Of a stretch of DNA of 32,000 nucleotides, positions 16,723 through 25,700 are shown in pieces. This DNA is from Nostoc punctiforme PCC 73102 (GTDB lineage: Bacteria; Cyanobacteriota; Cyanobacteriia; Cyanobacteriales; Nostocaceae). The position numbers and the translations under genes were made by a program. The notes under the pieces are model-generated. The model worked only from the letters and a program-made list of their open reading frames with translations, did no database searches and was not told where the DNA came from. Numbering within the stretch: position 1 is the stretch's first letter; each line of letters begins with the position of its first letter. The stretch is taken from the NCBI RefSeq assembly GCF_000020025.1, contig NC_010628.1, positions 780,001 to 812,000 of the forward strand. Reading direction: 5' to 3'.

Positions 16723-18012
16723 CGTCAGCAATTTGATACTTCTCCTTATCCTAGAGTTCCTCTTGATAAATCTCCTAAAGATAATCCTAATTTACTTTAC
16801 ATTCATAGCTTAGTTACACCTTACTATTTAAGGAACCAAAAAGTTATCGATACCAAAGAGAAAGTAATTTTGGATGCTGGATGTGGTACTGGCTATAAAT
16901 CATTAGTCTTAGCAGAAGCTAATCCAGGTGCAAAAATTGTTGGTATTGACATATCAGAAGAATCAATTAAATTAGCACAGCAACGCTTAGAACATCACGG
17001 ATTTGACAATGCAGAATTTCATGTATTGCCAATTCAAGAATTGCCAAAACTAAATTACCAATTTGACTATATTAATTGTGATGAGCTTCTATATCTTTTT
17101 CCTGATTTAGCTGCTGCCTTACAAGGAATGATATCTGTTTTAAAGCCTAATGGGATTATTCGCAGCAATCTGCATAGTTCAATCCAGAGATTCCCTTATT
17201 TCCGTGCTCAGAAAGTCTTTACAATGATGGGTTTGATGGACGAAAATCCACAAGACTTAGAAATGGAAATTGTAGTAGAAACGATGAAAGCTTTGAAAGA
17301 TAATGTCGAACTCAAAGCTAGAACTTGGAATCCTAATAAGTATGAAGGAGAGAATGGAAAAGAAGGAATTTTAATGAATTACTTATTTCAAGGAGATAAA
17401 GGTTACACGATTTCTGATATGTTTACGGCTTTGAAAGCGGCCGATATAGAATTTATCAGCATGGTTAACTGGCGACAGTGGGACTTAATAAACTTGTTTA
17501 AAGATCCAGATAATTTGCCTGTTTTTCTGGACATGAGTTTACCAGAAATTTCTATAGAAGAGCGGCTACAGTTATTTGAACTAATAAATCCTATTCATCG
17601 GTTAATTGACTTTTGGTGCGGTCATTCTAATCAAGTACAGGCTTTTATACCAGTTTCACAATGGGCTGACTCTGATTGGCGACTGGCAAAGGTCAGTCTG
17701 CATCCTCAGTTAAAAACTCGCAATTTCCAAGAAGACCTCATAGCCTGTATTACAGAATTCAAAATCTTTCCTATCAGTGACTATTTATCGCTAGTTGAGG
17801 AATTTGTCGGGATAGATAGCTCATTAGCACTTTGCTTAATACCTTTATTAGAACAATCCCAGCCGATGAAGTTCCTGGTAGAGCATTGGAAACAATTTAG
17901 ACCTTTAGATCCTATAACCTTAAAGCCTACAGATGAAGAACAAGCCTTTCAAATGGTGCAACAGCTGTTACTAAAGTTAGAGAGTCTTGGTTACATAATG
18001 TTAGAACTTTAA
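16687..18012 (+). CDS. Class I SAM-dependent methyltransferase with long C-terminal extension
   Basis: VILDAGCGTGYKSLVLAE (motif I), IVGIDISEE and LKPNGII, followed by ~270 aa with no motif I recognise. The track start (16645) is GTG. I prefer the ATG at 16687 because aggag lies 8 nt upstream. Confidence 0.8.
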   Translation: MTSPASDLLDKIRQQFDTSPYPRVPLDKSPKDNPNLLYIHSLVTPYYLRNQKVIDTKEKVILDAGCGTGYKSLVLAEANPGAKIVGIDISEESIKLAQQRLEHHGFDNAEFHVLPIQELPKLNYQFDYINCDELLYLFPDLAAALQGMISVLKPNGIIRSNLHSSIQRFPYFRAQKVFTMMGLMDENPQDLEMEIVVETMKALKDNVELKARTWNPNKYEGENGKEGILMNYLFQGDKGYTISDMFTALKAADIEFISMVNWRQWDLINLFKDPDNLPVFLDMSLPEISIEERLQLFELINPIHRLIDFWCGHSNQVQAFIPVSQWADSDWRLAKVSLHPQLKTRNFQEDLIACITEFKIFPISDYLSLVEEFVGIDSSLALCLIPLLEQSQPMKFLVEHWKQFRPLDPITLKPTDEEQAFQMVQQLLLKLESLGYIMLEL

Positions 18013-18138
18013 TCTAACCTGAAGTTATACATACTCAACCTGCAACTTTAACCTCGATATAATCCTGACGAGTAGAAGGATTTTGACCACCAGAGGGACT
18101 GGTGACTGTCTCACTGAGTATTTCTAATTGACTCTTAA

Positions 18139-18340
18139 ATATTGTGATAGAAATTGCCAGAATTTGGGAATACTCAAGGTTGAGTGTGCTACTCGCTAGC
18201 TTGGACAGCATAGCAAATGTTTGATGGTATGTCTTAGCTCTAGACAAGAGTTGGCATAACGATGAGAAGCATCAAAGCAAAGTTAGTATGAGGAGCAATT
18301 TAAATGCCCAGTCTAACATCTGATTTTCTAGAAAAAAATA
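18139..18340. repeat. Copy 2 of the duplicated segment, carrying a decayed methyltransferase 5' end
   Basis: atattgtgatagaaattgccagaatttgggaatactcaaggttgagtgtgctactcgctagcttggacagcat ... caaagcaaagttagtatgaggagcaatttaaATGcccagtctaacatctgattttctagaaaaa. The ATG at 18303 opens only MPSLTSDFLEKNSFS*, compared with MTSPASDLLDKIRQQ... in copy 1. Confidence 0.8.
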
Positions 18341-18494
18341 GCTTTTCTTAATCAAATTAGCTAGATCATACCCCCCTTCTCGCTTACTGAGGTTGGGGGC
18401 GGGTAACTTGAGTACTTCACTCAAGTGAAAACCACTATAATGCTTGACCAATAATAGGTAAAAAAAACGATACGGAGTAGTAAAATACAAAAAA

Positions 18495-19037
18495 ATGAAA
18501 GAGATTAAACTTCATATTGGTGGAGAAAAAAAACATCCAAATTGGAAAATATTTGATATTGAACCTCGCCCAGAAGTAGATTATATTGGCAACGCATCTG
18601 ATTTAAGCCAATTTGAAAATAATTCAATTTCTGCAATTTATGCCAGTCATGTTCTAGAACATTTTTATCATAGAATAGATAATGAGTTAATGAATACATT
18701 AACAGAATGGTATCGTGTTCTAAAACCAGGCGGGCAACTTTTTATTAGTGTCCCCGACTTAAAAAAATTATGTTGGTTTTATCTGCATCCAGAATTTACA
18801 GTAGTTGAACGTCTGCATCTAATGCGGATTATCTTTGGCGGACAAACTAATATATATGATGTTCATAAGGTAGGATTTGATTTTGAAATATTGTCTATAT
18901 GTTTAGAAGAAGTTGGGTTTACACAATACGAGCAAGTAGAGACGTTTGATATGTTTGATGATTGTAGTACAATCCGTATTTTAAATACACTAATCAGCCT
19001 CAACGTCATTGCTCAAAAGTCAACATCTTCAGAGTAA
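18495..19037 (+). CDS. Small SAM-dependent methyltransferase (Methyltransf_11-like)
   Basis: 180-aa ORF. ISAIYASHVLEHF and WYRVLKPGGQLFISVPD resemble the post-motif-I region of type 11 methyltransferases common in polysaccharide loci. Motif I itself is atypical (LHIGGEKKHPNW). Confidence 0.6.
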   Translation: MKEIKLHIGGEKKHPNWKIFDIEPRPEVDYIGNASDLSQFENNSISAIYASHVLEHFYHRIDNELMNTLTEWYRVLKPGGQLFISVPDLKKLCWFYLHPEFTVVERLHLMRIIFGGQTNIYDVHKVGFDFEILSICLEEVGFTQYEQVETFDMFDDCSTIRILNTLISLNVIAQKSTSSE

Positions 19038-19232
19038 AGCTAACCTCATATTTGATACCTAACAAGTGAGCATAAGTCTAATAATTTTCATTTAATATAA
19101 GACTTCTCTTTGATTTATGAAAAAACCCAGTATAGCTCAAAAAGGCTGATTTCCTACTGCCTACCTACGCAAAGAAGTATGGCTACACCACGCTGCGCGA
19201 ACAGAAATCAAAGCGGATTCCTATACCTATTA

Positions 19233-19250
19233 TTTGTGAAGCTTCACAAA
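19233..19250. promoter_or_regulatory. 18-bp perfect palindrome upstream of the pilin gene
   Basis: tttgtgaag|cttcacaaa, about 440 nt upstream of the pilin ATG. The half-sites resemble TGTGA/TCACA but are spaced by 4 nt rather than the 6 nt of CRP-type sites. Confidence 0.3.
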
Positions 19251-19691
19251 ATCAGGCTTGGCTAGACTTGGGGCTTGAGCAAATTGTTCTATGCAACTTA
19301 ACAGGTAATCGGTATAAGCATTTTTAACTCGAAATCAGATTTAGGGTAAGGTAGATTCGCTCGTCTCAACTGTCTCATAGAGTCTTGGTAAGTTGGAAAA
19401 AGGGTTCAATGATCTTTAAGAACCCGTAACCAGTATCAATCTATATCTCTCCAGATGGCCTCAATATATAGCTTTTTTAAGCCGAACAACACCGAGATTA
19501 GAGAGTATGAAATTGAGAAAACCCTTTATATATAAGGAAAATAGCCTATTAATTTAACGCGATCGCGATATAAACCAAAACACAGTTGAACAGTTCAAAA
19601 GAATTTTTAGGTGGGGTGATATGAAACCAAATACGAGTGGGTAAGTTACATCTAGAACACACAAGCGCTTCCTACCCCAGGAAAAACACTT

Positions 19692-20258
19692 ATGAAAACT
19701 GAATTGAAAGCAAAGTTTCTCCAACACCTCCTCGGCAAAAAGAAGGAAAATGAGGGTTTTACACTCATTGAATTATTAGTAGTAATTATCATCATTGGTA
19801 TTTTGTCTGCGATCGCTTTGCCTTCTTTCTTGAACCAAGCTAACAAAGGTAAGCAGTCAGAAGCTAAACAGTATACTGGTTCGATGAACCGCGCTCAACA
19901 AGCATACCTTTTAGAAAATGGTGATTTCACCAGTACAATGGATAAGCTAGGTCTTGGTATTAGAACCCAAACTGAGAATTATGCATACGCTATTAATGGC
20001 GGTACTACTCTGGTTGCCAACAATGGTATATCTCTGAAGGGGACGCTCAAATCCTACAAGGGTGTTGTTGTTAAATCAATAGTATTATCCACCAGTGAAG
20101 CAACTACTCTAGCCGTATTATGCCAGTCTGATACTGTTGGTGATCGGAGTGCTGAAGTAGCAAGCTATGGCACAGCTGGAACCACAGTGGCTGCAACAGG
20201 AACCACCCCATTGCAACCTGGTTGTAGCACAGGCTTTTCAGAGTTGACTTCTAAGTAA
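19692..20258 (+). CDS. Type IV pilin-like protein (prepilin with N-terminal cleavage/methylation motif)
   Basis: The leader MKTELKAKFLQHLLGKKKENEG is followed by FTLIELLVVIIIIGILSAIALPSF (Gly -1, Phe +1, Glu +5). It has two Cys near the C-terminus (LCQSD...PGCSTG, a D-region-like pair) and a Thr/Ala/Gly-rich tail (YGTAGTTVAATGTTPLQ). Confidence 0.85.
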   Translation: MKTELKAKFLQHLLGKKKENEGFTLIELLVVIIIIGILSAIALPSFLNQANKGKQSEAKQYTGSMNRAQQAYLLENGDFTSTMDKLGLGIRTQTENYAYAINGGTTLVANNGISLKGTLKSYKGVVVKSIVLSTSEATTLAVLCQSDTVGDRSAEVASYGTAGTTVAATGTTPLQPGCSTGFSELTSK

Positions 20259-20295
20259 CAACTTGAGTTCTATATCTAATTGCAAGCTTTACAAC

Positions 20296-20330
20296 AGTGG
20301 GTAGTCTAGGCTACCCACTTTAATTTTGTT
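20296..20330 (+). terminator. Intrinsic terminator after the pilin gene
   Basis: agtgggtag-tctagg-ctacccact is a 9-bp perfect stem, followed by ttaattttgtt. Confidence 0.7.
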
Positions 20331-20376
20331 CTAAATTTTGGGAATAGTACTAGTACTATCCTGAAAATTCTTGACT

Positions 20377-22587
20377 ATGACTTCTGTCCAAATTCCTAAT
20401 GACATCTCTCCATTAGAGCAGCAAGCCCAGCAATATTTTACCAAAGGTAACTATACTAAAGCTGCTAACTGCTATGAACAAGCTATCGAAATAGAACCAG
20501 AAGTGAAATCTCACTACTGGAACTTAGGATTAATGTTGCTATTGCAAGGGCAAGAAGCAGAAGCGCAAATAACTTGGCTGCTGGGTATGGAGGAGGGAGA
20601 AGCCCAACAAGTTGAGCAATGGACTGTGGAATTGATACAGGTTTTGCAAACTGAAGCCGAACGCAGAGAGACACTGGCAGATTATTCAGTTGCTTGGGCA
20701 ATTCGCCAACATATACGGGAAATCTCTCCTCAATATGTGAATAATCTTCTGTATTTGATTGAGTTATCTATTAAGCTAGAAAATTTTACTGGTGATGAAT
20801 TAGCTTCCCTAGAAGTAATTGAGTTAATTCAGTCAGAAGCAATTATAGATATTGAGTTATTATTGCAAGTATTAAACAGTATCATCAATGATGACCCTTT
20901 ACATCCTTCTGTCCTAAAGTTTGCACAGTGTTGTCTAGCCCATGTAATTCAACCTCAAGCTTTTATTAATATTTTGCTGCCAGCCGCAGTCAAAATCGCC
21001 CATTCTATGCGGCAAAATAAAGTAGCAGTATTAATAATTGAGCTATGTTTGCACCTTGAACCTGAAAATATAGAACTTCTGCGCCATCTCGCTGCTTTTT
21101 ATCTAAGAGATAATAATTATTCTCAAGGAATAGAAGTAGCTAAGTTATGCTACTCACTATCAAAGACTGTAACTGACCAAGTTTTTGCTAAACACCTAAT
21201 CCAGCGAGGATTAATGGAAGCTCCTGCTTATTGGAACGAAGCTTATACAGTTTGCCTAGAGCAGGAATATTTACTAAACTGTTTAATAGAACAACAACCT
21301 ATAAATTTGGAATCAGCTAGGGTATTACGTCTCTTCAATGCTAATTCTTATGCATCGTACTTACAAGATAACCCTGTAAAAAATAGACAAATTCAGAATA
21401 AAGTGGCACAACTTTGCCAGCTTAACGTACAAGAATATGCTAATGAAATAGTTCAGCGATATAAACAACGTAGTTTATATAAGGCAAATAAGCAAATAAA
21501 GATTGGCTACTTATGCCATTGTTTTTCTCAGCATTCAGTTGGTTGGTTGGCTAGGTGGCTAATTCAACACCAGAACCGGGAAAGATTTGATATTTATGGC
21601 TATTTTATAAATTATAAGCAAATAGACGATCCATTGCAAGAATGGTATGTTCAACAATTCACTCAAGCTTATCAAGGTGGAATTTATAGTGACGACATTG
21701 CTGAAAAAATTTATGAAGATAAGATTGATATTCTAATCGATTTGGATAGCATTACCTTAGATATTACTTGTGAAATTATGGCGCTTAAACCTGCGCCTGT
21801 ACAAGCAACATGGTTAGGTTGGGATGCTTCAGGAATACCAGCAGTTGATTACTTTATTGCCGATCCTTATGTTTTACCAGAATCTGCTCAGGAATACTAT
21901 ACAGAAAAAATCTGGAGATTACCCCAAACCTATATAGCAGTGGATGGTTTTGAAGTAGGTGTGCCAACTTTACGGCGAGACTCTCTTGATATTCCTAGTG
22001 ATGCTGTAGTTTATCTCAGCGCTCAAAGAGGATTTAAGCGCCACCCAAATACAGCACAACTCCAAATGAGAATTATTAAGGAAGTGCCTAATAGCTATTT
22101 TTTGATTAAAGGGTTAGCGGACTCTGAAGCTGTGCAGAAATTTTTTATGCAGTTAGCAGAGCAAGAGGGTGTAGAGTGTTCGCGTTTACGATTTTTACAG
22201 TTAGATCCTTCTGAGTCTGTTCACAGAGCAAATTTAGCCATTGCTGATGTTATATTAGATACTTACCCTTACAACGGTGCAACAACAACCTTAGAAACAC
22301 TCTGGATGGGTATTCCTTTAGTAACCAGAGTTGGACAGCAATTTGCCGCCCGAAATAGCTACACCATGATGATGAATGCTGGGATCGCAGAAGGTATTGC
22401 CTGGACTGATGAAGAGTATGTAGAGTGGGGTGTGCGCTTAGGCAAAGATGAGGCTTTACGACAGCAGGTGGCTTTGAAGTTGAAAGCATCTCGACAAACA
22501 GCACCATTGTGGAATGCAAAACAATTTACCTGTGAGATGGAGAAGGCTTACGAGCAAATGTGGCAAAGGTATATTGAGAAAAAATAA
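20377..22587 (+). CDS. TPR protein with C-terminal GT41 (O-GlcNAc transferase / SPINDLY-like) glycosyltransferase domain
   Basis: N-terminal TPR (FTKGNYTKAANCYEQAIEIEPE...). C-terminal ~370 aa carries IKIGYLCHCFSQHSVGWL, ATWLGWDASGIPAVDYFIADPYVLPESAQEYYTEKIWRLPQTY and LDTYPYNGATTTLETLWMGIPLVT, which I recognise as bacterial OGT/SPINDLY-family motifs. The track start at 20371 is TTG; the ATG is at 20377. Confidence 0.8.
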   Translation: MTSVQIPNDISPLEQQAQQYFTKGNYTKAANCYEQAIEIEPEVKSHYWNLGLMLLLQGQEAEAQITWLLGMEEGEAQQVEQWTVELIQVLQTEAERRETLADYSVAWAIRQHIREISPQYVNNLLYLIELSIKLENFTGDELASLEVIELIQSEAIIDIELLLQVLNSIINDDPLHPSVLKFAQCCLAHVIQPQAFINILLPAAVKIAHSMRQNKVAVLIIELCLHLEPENIELLRHLAAFYLRDNNYSQGIEVAKLCYSLSKTVTDQVFAKHLIQRGLMEAPAYWNEAYTVCLEQEYLLNCLIEQQPINLESARVLRLFNANSYASYLQDNPVKNRQIQNKVAQLCQLNVQEYANEIVQRYKQRSLYKANKQIKIGYLCHCFSQHSVGWLARWLIQHQNRERFDIYGYFINYKQIDDPLQEWYVQQFTQAYQGGIYSDDIAEKIYEDKIDILIDLDSITLDITCEIMALKPAPVQATWLGWDASGIPAVDYFIADPYVLPESAQEYYTEKIWRLPQTYIAVDGFEVGVPTLRRDSLDIPSDAVVYLSAQRGFKRHPNTAQLQMRIIKEVPNSYFLIKGLADSEAVQKFFMQLAEQEGVECSRLRFLQLDPSESVHRANLAIADVILDTYPYNGATTTLETLWMGIPLVTRVGQQFAARNSYTMMMNAGIAEGIAWTDEEYVEWGVRLGKDEALRQQVALKLKASRQTAPLWNAKQFTCEMEKAYEQMWQRYIEKK

Positions 22588-22592
22588 GTTAG

Positions 22593-22616
22593 TTGTGAGG
22601 GCTTCAGCCCTCACAA
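22593..22616. terminator. 10-bp perfect hairpin between convergent genes
   Basis: ttgtgagggc-ttca-gccctcacaa, 6 nt after the stop at 22587. A weaker aggac-taaa-gtcct hairpin at 22679-22692 lies just past the stop of the giant minus-strand gene. Confidence 0.6.
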
Positions 22617-22721
22617 TAGTCTCTAAGCTCGACTTTACTCAAGCTTATTTACTACAAACAATTGAAAAGTTCGTAGTAAGGACTAAAGTCCTCCTCTTCT
22701 GTAATTACAAATTTAAGCATT

Positions 22722-25700
22722 TCAGTGCTTACTACAAACTTCTTTATAAAAGGCTTCTAAACCTGTAACACAAGCTTTATCATCAAAAAGGCGATCGTGG
22801 TTTTGGCTCATTCTTTCTGCAATGTTGCGTCGCCAAGCCTGGTCTAGTCCTAATTTGACAGCAATTTCGATATATTCGGCTTCATTTTGAGCGATGGTAT
22901 CCGTCACTCCTAGCATTTTTAAGAAGCTGTCAGAGTGACGACCCCGCATAAATTCCCCTGGACAGGTGACAATGGGGAGATTACAAGCGATCGCTTCTAG
23001 AGTAGTATTACCACCAGACCAAGTAAATGTATCTAAATAAACGTCTGAAAGTAAGTTAATCATTAAATAGTCTAGTCGCTCTGGAATACTGAGAAATACA
23101 CAGTAATCCTCACTGTTAAGTCCAACAGCAGCAAAAGCACGCTTTAGGCGTGGCTCAAGTAAAGTACCACGCAAAAACACAAACTTAGCTTGAGGAAGGC
23201 GGCAAGCAATTTCTGCAAAAATGAAATCATATTGGGGTAGATATTTAAAAGGAGCTTGGCAGCATAAATAGATAACTGCATCATCTTCTAGCCTAAAATC
23301 GGAACGGGTTTTGATAACAGGAGGAATATATGGCTTAGGGTAAGAAACCCCAATATTGGGTAAGCGGATTAATTTTTCTGAGTAATGTTCTTGGGCATTT
23401 TCGGGCTCCATTAACTCGCTAGATAAAAAGTAATCAATTGTGGGTAAGCCAGTTGTCACAGGATGTCCCCAAGCCACACATTGCAAAGGTGCAAGCCGCA
23501 AACCCGCCATTTGCATGGTTTTAGCATCCATACCTATCTCTGGAAAGACTAAAATATGCAGTTTATCAGCAATTATCTGTTCACAAGCTGCTGGTAAGTT
23601 ATGAGGAATATGGTGAAAAACATCGCTGTAACTTTGGAACTGTTGGGTAATAGGATCTGGCTCGTTTCCCGTGTAGTAACAGTAAATTTCAAAATTTTTG
23701 CGATCGCAGTAACGTAACCAGCCAGTTAACCAAAGTGTGCCACTATAAGAATGCAGGTAATGTGAAGCGTAACCAATACGAATTTTGTTATTAGGCTGAA
23801 GCTTAGGCATAGATAAAGGAACTATCCATTGTGGATAGTTAGCTGCCATGATTTCATGTACTAACTTTCCATACTGGCGTTGCAAATCAATATCATTTTG
23901 TGCCTGATATGATAGGTAAAAATTTGTGAGGCGGCCTATACCTGCTAAAGCACTTTGTTGTTCTTTTGTAGTTTTCAGATATGTTTGCTGAATTAAATCT
24001 TGCAGTCCTTGAGTAAAGCGCTGGCGATAGAAATTAATTTCCTCTTGATTTTCGTATATTGATGGAACTGTTAAATATTTTAGAATTTGAAAAGTGTAAT
24101 CATTAGGTAAGCATATATGAGCCTTTTCTGCACTTGATATTGCTTCTTGAATAAGTCCATTACGCCGCAAGTCTATGATTAATGAAAAATGTAATCTTCC
24201 TTCCGTAGGATAAAGTTCAATTCCTTGCTGGAGGGTGTGAAAATACTCGTCTAATAGGTTTAACTGTCTATAGCAATAACTTAAATTACAATAAATATCT
24301 GCATTTACAGATTGGATTTCTAAAAGTTTTTCATATTGGGCGATCGCTTCTGTCCATCTGCCCTCTTGAAATAATCTAGTACTTAAATCAAAAACTAACT
24401 GTCCTATATGTATATTGTTAAAGCTTTCTATTTCATAAGCTGGAATATTCTCTATTAAAAATAATGCTAAACCCTCCAGGTTTTCATCTTGTAAAATAAT
24501 TCGACCGTGGAGGAAAGGAACTATAGCTCTTAGTTCAATTTCATCTAAATTCCCTAGCAAAGAAATTTCACATTCTACAGTAATATCAAAATTCTCTGCT
24601 AGTAGTAGATTCATCGCCACAGTAGATAAAACTAGATTAGCATCATCTTCAGAAATACCATTAGTATTTATAAGTAACGTTATCTGGCTACTATCAGAAT
24701 GATTGATTACCGTTTTAATTGCTTGTTCTAATTCTAGAAGAAGTAACTCTTCCGATTGCGACCAATCAGGAAAAATTATAATATTGATATTTCCATCTTT
24801 CACCGCTAAGGTGTCTATAATAGATACTTTCCCTCTGTTAGTTAAGTTATTTTTTTCTCTTTTAAATAAAATATTTAGTTGATTGCTTAAATTATCTATT
24901 TGGCAACAATGGATTTTACCTACTGCCACTTGTGCTAAAGCTTGTTTATCCTCATGTTCTAAAATAATTCTTGCATTGATGCGAGTTAGCAAAGCTTTCC
25001 ACTGAATATCAGTTAATTTACCCAATAAAGAAATTTCTAATTCTTCGGTAACATCTAAATCTTCCTCTATCAAAAGATTCATAACTACACTAGATAAAAA
25101 CAGTTCAGCATCCTCACCAGCAATGTTAGTAATATCGATAAGTAGCGTTGTATTTTTATTATTGGGATGAGTGGCAATCGCCCGGATAACTTGTTGTAAG
25201 TTTAAACCAAGAGACTCTTCTGATTGCGACCAATCAGGGAAAATAATTAAATTAATTTTATTGAGATTTAAAGAAATCAATGTAGCATTAATTAATACAG
25301 AACTAACAGTTTGCGCCATTTTTATCCAAGAAAACTGTTGCACCTGTACTAAACCTGCGGTAATTAATGAGTGACGAATACTAGGTTTTTGCACTTCAAA
25401 AAGTGAATTTGCCATTTCATGTACATCATTATCATTAACATATATTGCAGCTTCACCTGCAACTTCTGGAATTGAAGCATTAGGACAAGTAATCACAGGA
25501 CAACCACAAGCCATTGCTTCGAGTATGGGCAATCCAAAACCTTCATACTTAGAAGGATAAACTAATGCTACAGCACCAGAGTAAGCTATTGCTAACTCTT
25601 CATCACTGAGATGTAGCAGGTGAACGATACTACCTGATGTATAAGCTCTGAATTCTGGTGACAATACACCGTCACTTCCTGTTACGACAATATCAAATCC

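Noticed and set aside
18272-18699. ORFs 18272..18490 (-) and 18505..18699 (-)
   Set aside because: The first spans the decayed duplicate of the methyltransferase 5' region and a promoter-like A+T-rich stretch. The second is antisense to the small methyltransferase. Neither has motifs.
22514-22768. ORF 22514..22768 (+) and other short ORFs inside or antisense to the GT41 and giant genes (20483..20701, 22250..22519, 25171..25374)
   Set aside because: They overlap strongly supported long reading frames or the convergent terminator region, and they have no motifs. They are typical chance ORFs in A+T-rich DNA.
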